Source of the DNA: an uncultured virus (IMG/VR IMGVR_UViG_3300045257_000098)
Taxonomy: Duplodnaviria > Heunggongvirae > Uroviricota > Caudoviricetes
Reading direction: 5' to 3' (one strand)
Virus record (IMG/VR): IMGVR_UViG_3300045257_000098
DNA length: 64,000 nucleotides
In this document: one piece after another, positions 51,231 through 60,904 of the stretch
Numbering within the stretch: the first letter of the stretch is position 1
How the letters are laid out: every line of letters begins with the position of its first letter
The notes under the pieces: model-generated
Told to the model about the DNA's origin: nothing
Seen by the model: only the letters and a program-made list of their open reading frames with translations
Database searches by the model: none
Translations under genes and position numbers: made by a program

Positions 51231-51569
51231 TTTGATTTTTCCGGCCCTTGATTCATCGCGGGAACATTCTTGAAGACATCAGAGGCCATACCTCTGTGTT
51301 TGCGGCCTTTACTTATTTTTCTGACGGATTGCGCTCCGGAAATAACTGTTCCATTATCGGCAATGCGCAATCCGCGCCTACATTCCTGGCCCCACTCGCT
51401 AATCGGCTTGATGCCGGTCTCTGGATCAACGCTCATTTACTCATTCCGTATTCGCGGTCAATTTCTTCGCGTGTCGCCCGAAATTCGCCCATGCCGTCAC
51501 AGATCGGGCAATCCCGATCCGGTTCCAGTTCGCAGTAGGGGCACTTAACAGTTACAGTCATTAGCTCAC

Positions 51570-51944
51570 TCATAGCCCCTTCCATTTGCGCCAGCGTTCC
51601 AGTACAAAAGCTTTGGCTTCTGGGCCAAGCTTCATGAAACATGGGCTGGCCGTTGTCAGTCGGTCGAATGCGTACTCTTGCATCTCTTCCCAGAGTTTCC
51701 CGTAGTACCATGAATTTCCGCAAGTGAATACGTCCCGTATATCGACACAAATAGAACAGGTATCGTATTTCTGAAATTCGCCGTCGTACTTCCCGATGAC
51801 GTGCTCGTACACGGCTCTTAGCGGAATCTCCATCCCGCACTCGCAGCACTTATGCGGCTTGCGGGCCTTGCGCTTATCGACGTGGAAAAAGTCAAACGAC
51901 TCGTCGAGAGAGTCGGTGCCGATACAAACATCACAATCGCTCAT
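51570..51944 (-). CDS. zinc-finger phage protein
   Basis: RKARKPHKCCECG...TCSIC. Confidence 0.65.
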   Translation of the reverse strand: MSDCDVCIGTDSLDESFDFFHVDKRKARKPHKCCECGMEIPLRAVYEHVIGKYDGEFQKYDTCSICVDIRDVFTCGNSWYYGKLWEEMQEYAFDRLTTASPCFMKLGPEAKAFVLERWRKWKGL

Positions 51945-52252
51945 AGCAACCTCAACTGTTCCGCCCCGCCCCGCCGCTCGACCCACACCGTCGCATTCCT
52001 TCCCGCCTTCGTCTTCCGCATCATCCCCGAATCCATCACCAGCTTGCGATTCACGAGCTCGACGCGCCGGGGCCGCTGGGTGCTGGGATTCATTTGAAAG
52101 TAGTCTTGTATTTCCTCATCAGTAGCCCCATATTCCTTGGTCGCCACGATGAATCGGAACACCTGGGAGCGGAGCGTGGAGGCGCTGGACTCGGCCTCTA
52201 TCGCGGCCTGATGGCTGGTGGAGGAGTGGGATTGATAGGGGAGCGTGGTCAT
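51941..52252 (-). CDS. winged-helix DNA-binding protein
   Basis: GATDEEI...STQRPRRVELV...DSG.MRKTKAGRNATVW. Confidence 0.7.
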   Translation of the reverse strand: MTTLPYQSHSSTSHQAAIEAESSASTLRSQVFRFIVATKEYGATDEEIQDYFQMNPSTQRPRRVELVNRKLVMDSGMMRKTKAGRNATVWVERRGGAEQLRLL

Positions 52253-52651
52253 GCGCCATCCATTCTTCCCATATGCTCGCAAACATAAAGTACCTTGTGC
52301 CCCGCCACCGGAACGCCTTTTTTCCGGAGGTGGTTAAGACTTTTGCAATGCACCCTGAAAACTTTGTCCGCATCGCAGGGATAGCCACGGTTCTCTTCTG
52401 GTTCGGTATACACCGCAACGCGCACTGGAAGGAACTCCCGGATTGCCCGGATTCCCTTCATATTCTTTGTCTTAATTTTCGGGCACGGTTGCTCGATTAT
52501 GAAATGCCGCGTTTCTCTTGTGTTCACCTTGTTCCTCCATGACGCGGGCAGTATCCACCGCCAGTGGGCCACAGGCATTTCGGGTGCGGGCAATACCGCT
52601 CCGGGTGCTTGCGTTTGTTCTCGGATACTTTGGCGGCCACTTGGTTGCGAG

Positions 52652-52906
52652 TCATGATACAAGTTCCACCTGGTAGTAAAAATATGAGGTTCCGGTGTAA
52701 TCCATGCGCATTTCTGGGTCGAACTTATTTAGCCCTTTTTCGAGATCGTAACGAGAGGGACGCGTGTTTTCGATCTCTCTGGCCCTAGCAGAGCATTTGG
52801 CAATGTATTTCTCGGACAACTCTTTATTAAGAAATGCTTTAACCGGCCAATAATCTTTATCCGAATATTCCCCCGTGGATCCCATGACTACATAGATGGT
52901 GTTCAT
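52652..52906 (-). CDS. conserved phage hypothetical protein
   Basis: IYVVMGSTGEYSD...AFLNKE. Confidence 0.55.
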   Translation of the reverse strand: MNTIYVVMGSTGEYSDKDYWPVKAFLNKELSEKYIAKCSARAREIENTRPSRYDLEKGLNKFDPEMRMDYTGTSYFYYQVELVS

Positions 52907-53224
52907 CTAGTTTCTACGCTCCACTGCCGCTATAATCCCGGCCGAAATCTCACATAGAATTTCTATTTCACACCGACTTGGTGGCGTATCCATGGGATAG
53001 ACGGATAAGTTGGGCAATTCGCCAATTATCACGACCCATTTGCCATCGTATTCCAGGATTTGCACGAGGATATCGTTGATGCGCTCGGATATGACGAGAT
53101 GGCTAATTTGCGCTCCAATTGAGCCCCGCAAACTTATCGTCGTTACCCTCCCCAGGGAATTACCGCCGATACCTTTCTGCGAGGCCCAATTCGAGGCCCA
53201 CCACCTGCGCAGTGGGCCGCTTCC

Positions 53225-53866
53225 TTACTTCCTCCTTCCCTTGCGTGCCAGCGATCCCAGTACTAGTAGCACGCCACCCAATAGTGATATAGAGGCTGGT
53301 TCTGGCACTGAGTCAAGTGCCGCATCGAAGCTGGCTGTACCCGCATTACGATTTCCCAGGTCGATGAATGCGCCGATGGTTACCGAATCATCCCCAGAGC
53401 CAACCGCTCCGCTCGTAGCGCCGCTGAAGGCCGTGGTGTTGAATGTGAGCTCAGTTCCGATAGGTTTGGACATGTCGAACTTACCATTGCCCGTCCATGC
53501 ACCGAATCCCAAGGTTTTTGATCCGGTGGACGATGCCGTTCCGCCGACATCAAAAACGAAACCTGCTGGCAGTGTGAGCCCGTCATCGCTAAAGAACATG
53601 AGCAGTGGGCCGGTCTGCGATTTGGTGGAATCTACCGATACCAGATCAAAGAATGGCAGATCGCCTTCGAGACCCGTAGTGACGTTGATATCCCAGCCGC
53701 CTACTGCCCCAATGTAAGTGACGACACCGGCCGTTGGATAAGAGTCCAGGCCAGAGCCATCGAGAATATTGACCGTTGTTGTGCCGCTGATCAGTTCCAG
53801 TTCAGCGGTAGCAAAAAGCGACGGCACCGAGGCCGCCAGCATTACCGTTAGCGCGATGTGTTTCAT
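53225..53866 (-). CDS. PEP-CTERM sorting domain protein
   Basis: Signal MKHIALTVMLAASVPSLFA; C-terminus VPEPASISLLGGVLLVLGSLARKGRRK. Confidence 0.92.
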   Translation of the reverse strand: MKHIALTVMLAASVPSLFATAELELISGTTTVNILDGSGLDSYPTAGVVTYIGAVGGWDINVTTGLEGDLPFFDLVSVDSTKSQTGPLLMFFSDDGLTLPAGFVFDVGGTASSTGSKTLGFGAWTGNGKFDMSKPIGTELTFNTTAFSGATSGAVGSGDDSVTIGAFIDLGNRNAGTASFDAALDSVPEPASISLLGGVLLVLGSLARKGRRK

Positions 53867-54231
53867 ATTGACTAACCCCAATGAGCCACCGAAAACTTCC
53901 ACAATACGTGGAAGAACCCATCAAACATGTCAACGTGAGAGAGGAGTTTCGATGGCTCATTCGGGAGGGGCATACGTTACCAGGCCTGCCCCTACCGAAC
54001 TCTGTGCCTTATGGCTGTGCCGTCTTAAGTATCTCTGGTTTGCCATCCTCCTTTCGTGAACGTGTCTTTCTCTGCCGCACCGGCATCGTCTGCGGGAACT
54101 CGATGTCGAACGTCAGCGCCATCAACTCTAGCATCAGCGTGCGCCTGTCGCTGGGCTTCATCTCGCGATAGAGGCCAACGACGAAGTTTAGGGTCGGATT
54201 GCTCTTTGGTCTCGGCATGGTTTGCTCCGTA

Positions 54232-55326
54232 TTATGCTCCTGTCTCTACTTTGGAAGAGGTAACAAACGCGTCGAAGGCATCCGAGCCTTTTTTGTACGA
54301 AATCTCCGCGTCTATCGCGGATGCCATAGTGCGATAACATTCCCTCGCCGGCTTTGCTGACTTAATCTCATTGGAATGCTCCGCTCCGAAATTGCCTAAA
54401 ACTTTGTAGTAGATGGCATCTCCCTTTTCTTTTCCCAGCGACTCGCAGGCGAATTGATGTAGCTTTTGAAACTCGCTAATTGACTTGCACATGTTGAACG
54501 GCGGCTTTGGGTCAGGCGGTGGAACGATTGTAGGCTTCGGTGGATCGCGTCGCTCATCGCGCGAGGAAACATCCTCGTACTGAGCACCGGCCTTCATGGC
54601 TGCTAATTTCTCTTCGGCCACATCATTAGCCGCAGCCTGCGATCCGCGCACCTCGTCTTCCAAATCCTGGGTAAAAAACTCGGAGGCGTTGACACCGATC
54701 AGCACAGCTGCGATGAGCGCGCGCTTTTGCCCCATCTTCTGGATGGTGTTGACGGTATCGGCTACATCCGGGTTTGGTGTTTTTCCTACCTGCTGGCTCT
54801 CAATGGATGTGTCGCCATCGGGGAACTTCGTTCCGCAGCCGCCTTTTTTCTTGAAGCACACCCAGCCGCCGCCGTACTCTTCACGTCCCTTAATGATCGT
54901 TGGTTTTTCGCACGAGGGACACACCCGCTCTGTCGTGCGGTAGCGATATTTGTTCTCCCATGAATTGCAGGAGCCCTCGCCGTCACCGATCACTTTTCCG
55001 TTTCGCGTCAGGCGGCACTTGTACTTAACGTAAAAAAATGGTTCCCCATTGTGGCGCTCTCCGGTCCAGTCGTTGACCTCTTCGATGGTGACGAACTCGG
55101 GACTGAATCCAAAGAATGAGCATAGCCGCTCTGCCCCAGGCTTCAGCAGTACCTGTTTCTTCGTTCCGGGGATAACGCCGTAATCGGTATCAGGCACCAT
55201 GATCTGTTTAACGAACTGTACGATGGCGTTGCGGCGCTGGATAGCGTTGTCGATGGAAAACACGGGCATCCAGTCATCCGACTCGCGACGTGCAATCTCG
55301 GCGTTTATCGGTATTAGTTCGTTCAC
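54232..55326 (-). CDS. putative single-strand annealing/recombination protein with Zn-ribbon insert
   Basis: LLKPGAERL, GEGSCNSWE, CPSC...C...C, NTIQKMGQKRALIAAV, FTQDLED. Confidence 0.55.
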   Translation of the reverse strand: MNELIPINAEIARRESDDWMPVFSIDNAIQRRNAIVQFVKQIMVPDTDYGVIPGTKKQVLLKPGAERLCSFFGFSPEFVTIEEVNDWTGERHNGEPFFYVKYKCRLTRNGKVIGDGEGSCNSWENKYRYRTTERVCPSCEKPTIIKGREEYGGGWVCFKKKGGCGTKFPDGDTSIESQQVGKTPNPDVADTVNTIQKMGQKRALIAAVLIGVNASEFFTQDLEDEVRGSQAAANDVAEEKLAAMKAGAQYEDVSSRDERRDPPKPTIVPPPDPKPPFNMCKSISEFQKLHQFACESLGKEKGDAIYYKVLGNFGAEHSNEIKSAKPARECYRTMASAIDAEISYKKGSDAFDAFVTSSKVETGA

Positions 55327-56140
55327 TGATCACCTCTCTTTGCCGCCGCCATCAGAGCAGCCGTGAAAAATCCGATACAGGCCACAACGAAGTGCGTCAC
55401 CACCAGCAGTTCGATCATTTGGCCTCCGAAATCTTGAACCACTTGCGTAGCGCCAGTTGAAACACGTCCGATTTGCCGATGGATCGGTCGGCCGCATCGT
55501 GCTCTACCATGCGGTTCATCCAACGCGGGATGCGCACCGAGGTCGTCATCACTTCGTTGTCCTGTTTCGCCTTGTCATCAGGCATTTATTTTTACCTCCA
55601 CCTGACCATGCTTTTGTTGCATCTCCCACGCGCAAGATCCGCAAAGCCATCCCGAACCGCCATGCATACAAATAACCGGCAGCGTTTCCAGTGTCAAGGT
55701 CGGATATTGCGGATTGAATTTCTCAACGAGCACGGCGCCATAGGCGTTCGGCTGTCCGTCTCGCCCTGTATATACTTCATTCAGTTCTGATCGAAAACGG
55801 TTCTGCTGGCTGAATATCCAGCGCTCGGATAACTTGACGGGCTTTGGCTTCGGCTGCCATCCTGGGGGAGCTAACTCATCGCGGAAAAGAGGAAAATCCT
55901 CGCCATACATCTCGCGCAATTCGTAGCCTTGATAACGGGATTCGTTCCATTTCGGGCGTAGTCGAAAGGGCAGGTACCGGGCATCACTTCCCGGAGGATG
56001 ATCCGCAAAGCAAGGGCAAAGATTTCCGCAGCAGGAGCAGTAGCCGGCCCATTCCAGTTCATGCTTTTCGCCTTCGCTTGGTTCCCTATCCCAGAATTTC
56101 CAGAGAAATCTCATTTGTTGGCCTCGGATGTCATGTCAGC

Positions 56141-56169
56141 ACTATAAAGCAACATTTACTCCATTGCAA
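56141..56169 (-). promoter_or_regulatory. sigma70-like promoter
   Basis: TTGCAA-17-TATAGT on the - strand, ATG 6 nt downstream. Confidence 0.65.
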
Positions 56170-56375
56170 ATCTTTCGCATGAACAGATTCAAGCATTTGC
56201 AAAATATTATCGCTTGGGCTCACGATCCAGGTACGCTTTCCACGCCCGATCCCAGATGATCTTGCGAGATTCCTCATCGAGCCGCGCGACTCCGTAGTAC
56301 ATCCGTACGGATGGAGTTGAGTAGAATATGAACTCGACGTAATCCCACCACCAGTGCCTCAGCTTGAACCTCACC

Positions 56376-56404
56376 TTGCAATCCTCTCAGCCTCAAGATA
56401 CGCT
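56376..56404 (+). promoter_or_regulatory. sigma70-like promoter of a leaderless gene
   Basis: TTGCAA-17-TACGCT, ATG 6 nt downstream (56411). Confidence 0.65.
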
Positions 56405-56410
56405 TTGTCC

Positions 56411-56785
56411 ATGGACCCCATTGCCCAGCACGTCATCGACGTAAAGCAGTCTGCCGATGCCATCGCCCAGTGCGAAAAGATCAAAAACTATAGCATCGGG
56501 CGGCTGTCCATGCTCGAAGCTATTGCCCTGCTGTTGCAGGCCCAGGCACCTGGTCCCGGGCAGCAGGCCAACCAACTCAACGACTTGGACACGATGCGGG
56601 TACAGGAGGCCAACGCCCAGCGCGACGCATTCGGCTACGAGGGCACGGTTAAGGGTTGGATTGCCTACATCCAGACGCTGCGGGCCATCGAAGCACGTAC
56701 CCCTGGCACGATCAGCGCTGACCGCCTCACGTTCCCCGACATGCCGCCTAGTCTCAAGGCCTACGCCGACGCAAACGCGCTGTAG
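56411..56785 (+). CDS. isolated + strand hypothetical protein (moron-like)
   Basis: Own promoter, opposite to neighbours, 124 aa helical. Confidence 0.6.
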   Translation: MDPIAQHVIDVKQSADAIAQCEKIKNYSIGRLSMLEAIALLLQAQAPGPGQQANQLNDLDTMRVQEANAQRDAFGYEGTVKGWIAYIQTLRAIEARTPGTISADRLTFPDMPPSLKAYADANAL

Positions 56786-57515
56786 GGCCTGCGAATTCAC
56801 TCGCTACCAGCTTTGGGTATCGGCATATTATCCGGCAAGGTCTTCCAGACTTCTCTTCCGTGGGCCGCCCATGCACCTTCGCGTGTTTCCGGGTAAACCT
56901 GCCCCACGGAACGCCAGAACTGGCTGCGCGCATAGGCGATTTGTTTGCAATACTCAGCCACAGCTTCCGCTGAGGGTCTTGTATGGAACCATCCTGGCCT
57001 GATGAAATCCTTGAGCGAGTCCTGCAAGAGGGTCAAATAGTTCAATCGCTCTTGATCATCCTCGGTGAGTCTTAACTTTTCAGTTTTCATTTTCTCCCTT
57101 TTGCAAATCTATCCTGCGAGACAATTCCTCCCTGAGCTTCCTGCGCCGCCCAATAGAAGCAGGCGGGCTGATGTATAATCTGCGTTTTAATTCTTGGGGG
57201 GCCATGCTCCGTAGCCATTTTTTAGTCCAACTGATCACGTGTTCTATAGTCCTCGGGAAAGCCTACTCTCGCATTTTTCTACTCTCTTGTAATCCTGATC
57301 TAGTTGTTCCTGAACGGACTTCAGGGCGAGTTTGAATCCCCGGTCTAGGTCCAGACTAGTCGTCAGTGAACCGTTCTTCACCCGATAGGCATCCAGGCCT
57401 TCTCCGGATGGTAAATTGACCGAGATCCAATAATCGTAGTGGTTAAACCGGGGCGAGGAACGGAGTTTCATGTCGTCCCAAACAATTGCGCTCATCATAG
57501 CTATGAGCAGCCAAA

Positions 57516-58127
57516 TCAACGCGCGCATTTGCGCCCCCAGCCAGCCAGCCCCAGCAGTACCGCGCCAAGTAGCCAGATCGTAGCTGGTTCCGGCACGGGG
57601 TCGGGCCGTATTGTGGCAAATCGGGCAGGTCCAGCAGCCGTCAGGTTCCAACGCACATCATCCAGCCGTATCGAATGGTCGAACAACTCCTCAAAATCCC
57701 ACGTGGCCGTCCCGGAGCCGCTACCTGCGAACGTAAAATCAATCAGCCCATCAGGCGTGGACCCGCCTCCTGATGCGTCCCAGGTCACCGGAACGGTCAA
57801 GGAACGGGTTTTATGTGGTGTCTTAGGCGCGGCGCCAGAAACGTTAATAAACCCGAACATGCTCAGGCCATCGGGATTGTTGAACGTGCTCGATTCTGCG
57901 AATGGCGAAAGCAGCCAGCTAAAATCCAGCCCGAACGTGGCTGGGGATGGGCCACAGCCGCCATCGGTACCGCCGCCTGCGGTCAGGTCATTGGCATAGA
58001 CTATAGTCGAGCTCCAATCGCTCAGGTTGGAGCAGGCGAGGCCGGCGCCGGTGAGGGTGAATGAATCGGCTTGGAGCAGGGGCACGAATGCCGCTGATAA
58101 TACGAATTGCGCGACTCTGCTGTTCAT
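57516..58127 (-). CDS. PEP-CTERM sorting domain protein
   Basis: Signal MNSRVAQFVLSAAFVPLLQA-D; C-terminus VPEPATIWLLGAVLLGLAGWGRKCAR. Confidence 0.9.
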   Translation of the reverse strand: MNSRVAQFVLSAAFVPLLQADSFTLTGAGLACSNLSDWSSTIVYANDLTAGGGTDGGCGPSPATFGLDFSWLLSPFAESSTFNNPDGLSMFGFINVSGAAPKTPHKTRSLTVPVTWDASGGGSTPDGLIDFTFAGSGSGTATWDFEELFDHSIRLDDVRWNLTAAGPARFATIRPDPVPEPATIWLLGAVLLGLAGWGRKCAR

Positions 58128-58375
58128 TTTGGTAGTCCTGTTTCGATTCTGTAATTGCCTATGAGGGCACAGAATCTCCATTTGCCTTTGGCATCCGCAA
58201 TGAAAGGATTTGAAAGATAACTCGCCAAGAAGTTGTTTTCATTCCAGATCGTTGCCAGTTTTTGCTCCTGGTAGACCGTAACAATGCAGGTTTTGGAGGG
58301 GCAAGAGCTTTCCACGCAGAAATGAGAAGGTTGCTTTACCATTAGGAACGCCAATAAAGCTGCAAGTGTGTTCAC
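58124..58375 (-). CDS. small protein resembling the N-terminal domain of the 36465 tail fibre
   Basis: CIVTVYQ..LATIW...LSNPFIADAKGKWRFCALIGNYRI versus CLVTVFQ...ATIY...LSNPFTADAFGHYFFYAVDGRYDV. Confidence 0.6.
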   Translation of the reverse strand: MNTLAALLAFLMVKQPSHFCVESSCPSKTCIVTVYQEQKLATIWNENNFLASYLSNPFIADAKGKWRFCALIGNYRIETGLPK

Positions 58376-59245
58376 AGTTCCTCCTCATCGCCACAGGTTA
58401 GTGTGTCGGGTATGGGTTTGGTTGCGCCTTTCGTTTTGGCCAAGTACTCATAGGCTTCTTTTAGTGCCTCATCGGTCCACTTTTTGAGCGGCATCTGCGG
58501 CGCATTGGTCCACACATTTTTAGGCCGCGCTTCGCACGCTGCTAGATGCACCCGTAACTGTGAGGTGGTCATGGGCTCGTGGCACCAGCCGCAGGGGATG
58601 AGCGGGCCAGGCGGCCGGCCGCTAGGTTTTGCTGGCATTTTTGGCCTCCAGTTCTATTTCTTCAGCGATCTTGCGCGCGATGTTGGCATACACGCGTAGT
58701 TCTTTCGGGTATACGCGAACATCGTCATAGCCTTCACTTTGGGATGCGCGAAGCTCCAAGGAATCTGCCAAGGCGTGCAACTTGCGGATGTTCTCGCGGA
58801 TGCCGTTCACAGGCGAGCCCGTTTCAGTGCCGCCAGAAACCGGCGCCGCTCGCGCCAGCCATCGAGAGCGGTATAGCTGCCCAGCAGGATTACGAATATG
58901 GCCGCCCAGAGCATTAGAAGCGTGAGGGCCAGGGCTATCGACATGTCGTTATGCATTTTGATATCCTCGTTTCATTGGTTGACTGTGAATCCCAGGGCCA
59001 TCCCGCCAGATACCGTCTGGAGTGTTCAGGGATGGCCTTGGGCCGTCCGGTGTCCCATCGCCAGAGCATGATGGGCTAACCGGACGAAACTTGTTCCTCC
59101 GAGGGCCACAGCCGCTCAAATTCTAGGGCCGCCGCGATGTAATCCTCCAGGCTCCATACTGAGCGCTTGCCCGCGCGCATGGAGCGATCTCCGGCATCGG
59201 TAGCAGCAGCGTGGGCGATTTCACGGGTGATGGGCATTTGGAGGG

Positions 59246-59545
59246 TCATGAGGATGCCCACCCAAAGAACAAATAGGTTTTCGGCTCATTCTCAATCTTT
59301 ATGCAGCCCGCTGGTCCCCATTTGTCCGTTACGCGCTCGTCGTTTGCATCAAGTAAGTCCTCGGCCATTGATTCGGCTGATTTGGCATCCGGTGCCGATC
59401 CGATGAGGACAAAGGTTTGCTTTTCGGCAATGGATCCGGTGTAACCAGCGTGGCCGAAATCATATTGCGCCTGCTTAACTGCCGACGCAAACGCCAGCTT
59501 CGATGTTTCGCCGATAGCCTTGGCGGTAAATTGTTCAGCGCCCAT
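59246..59545 (-). CDS. conserved phage early protein
   Basis: GHAGYTGSIAEK...DKWGPAGCI...YLFFGWASS. Confidence 0.65.
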   Translation of the reverse strand: MGAEQFTAKAIGETSKLAFASAVKQAQYDFGHAGYTGSIAEKQTFVLIGSAPDAKSAESMAEDLLDANDERVTDKWGPAGCIKIENEPKTYLFFGWASS

Positions 59546-60103
59546 CTTCGTTCTCCTCTCCGATCCTGTTCTGATACTCGCTATCTCCTAGGTCCATGCG
59601 CGTGGTGCAGTCGTCGCAAAAGCGCTCACCGTGGGGGATGGGTGCGCCGCAGTCGCGGCAGTAGCTATTCTCTTTCACCTGAGATGCCGCTACTGCATGG
59701 GCGCAATCATAGGCACGGAAAGGTCTGGAGGTTTCCAGTGCCCTGTTGCGTAACGCAATCCACGCAGAAGATTTATCCAGGCCATCGTACTGCTCAAATA
59801 CTTCGGCGGCCGTCTCGCGTTCATGTGGGCTCAGTGGGCTATTCTCCACGTGGGAGAAGGGGTTTACGAGGTGCCAATTAGCTCTCATTTGACCCCCTTA
59901 AACGCATTCAGCACGAGAATGGCAACATCAACAGGCAAGCTGCGCAGTTCGATCTGTACGGAGTCATCGCCCGTCATGCGAACGCTGCCATAACCACGAT
60001 CATATCCGCCACTTGCGCGGCATAATACAGCCGATGGTATTCGGCGATCTGTTCGAGTGCTGGGGTTGCTTGTACGTGTGTCATGGTGTCCTTTCATTGG
60101 GGG

Positions 60104-60346
60104 TTAGACTGCTGTCTGCCTGAACGCTGGACCGTAGGTGGAGCGAATGAACTCCGCCGCACCTTGCGGGTCGATCTTCGTCAGGTGAGCGCACGTCATG
60201 TCATAGGCGTGCATGATATTGGAGTACAGATACCCACGGTCGGTGAGTTCTTCTTCAGCCCGGGCGGCTGCGTAACCGGATTCGCGTACCAGGATGCGTG
60301 CCGACTGCCTTAATGATTCCATTTGCTCACGTTCACTGTGTGTCAT
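60104..60346 (-). CDS. first early gene, hypothetical
   Basis: TATACT-N6-ATG leaderless arrangement on the - strand. Confidence 0.5.
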   Translation of the reverse strand: MTHSEREQMESLRQSARILVRESGYAAARAEEELTDRGYLYSNIMHAYDMTCAHLTKIDPQGAAEFIRSTYGPAFRQTAV

Positions 60347-60491
60347 GAACAGAGTATATGGCAGATTTCTGTGAGATAAATCAGAATGCAACGTAAGCTA
60401 TTGACTTAACTGGAGATATAATTATTGGAGGAAATGCACGTGCCAGGATACAAACCGCTAAATATAGTGCTATCAACGGTTCAGAGATGCG

Positions 60492-60692
60492 CTACTTACC
60501 TGAGCTCTTACGACCGCCCTTATGGAATCCTTTGAGCGTTTCAGCCAACCGTGCCCGCTCACCTTCTTTGCCGCCCTTCTTAGCGGCAGCTACTAGCTTG
60601 TCGGACGGGATCTTCTTCCCTTGTGGCACGCCAAGTTCTTTGTGCAACGCGCCCGGCTTCTTTATGGCGCCCGCAATCCAGTGATCTGCCAT
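60492..60692 (-). CDS. small basic conserved phage protein
   Basis: MADHWIAGAIKKPGALHKELGVPQGKKIP...RARLAETLKG, a recurring family of unknown function. Confidence 0.75.
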   Translation of the reverse strand: MADHWIAGAIKKPGALHKELGVPQGKKIPSDKLVAAAKKGGKEGERARLAETLKGFHKGGRKSSGK

Positions 60693-60763
60693 TATGCGGC
60701 CTTGCCTTTCTCTGCTGGCTTCTCTGGCTCTGCCGGTACCAGCTGTGCGCAATCGAGCGATTT
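60615..60763. repeat. 149-bp exact direct repeat, copy 1
   Basis: CTTCCCTTGTGGCACG...AATCGAGCGATTT identical to 60905-61053. Confidence 0.95.
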
Positions 60764-60848
60764 CGATCCGAAAGATCCACCTAAGCTATTGATTAACTGG
60801 CACTTTGCCGCGACCCCTTCAGCGTTCGGTGGCAATGAAATTTTTCTC

Positions 60849-60884
60849 GATAGCACGTGTTAATCCTGATTAACACGTGCTATC
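60849..60884. repeat. perfect 17-bp inverted repeat with 2-nt centre
   Basis: GATAGCACGTGTTAATC-CT-GATTAACACGTGCTATC. Confidence 0.95.
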
Positions 60885-60904
60885 CTCTATTTTGGTCGCC
60901 CGAG

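Noticed and set aside
60849..60884. Palindrome as an intrinsic terminator
   Set aside because: 2-nt loop, AT-rich stem and no adjacent U-tract; kept as a DNA-level site instead
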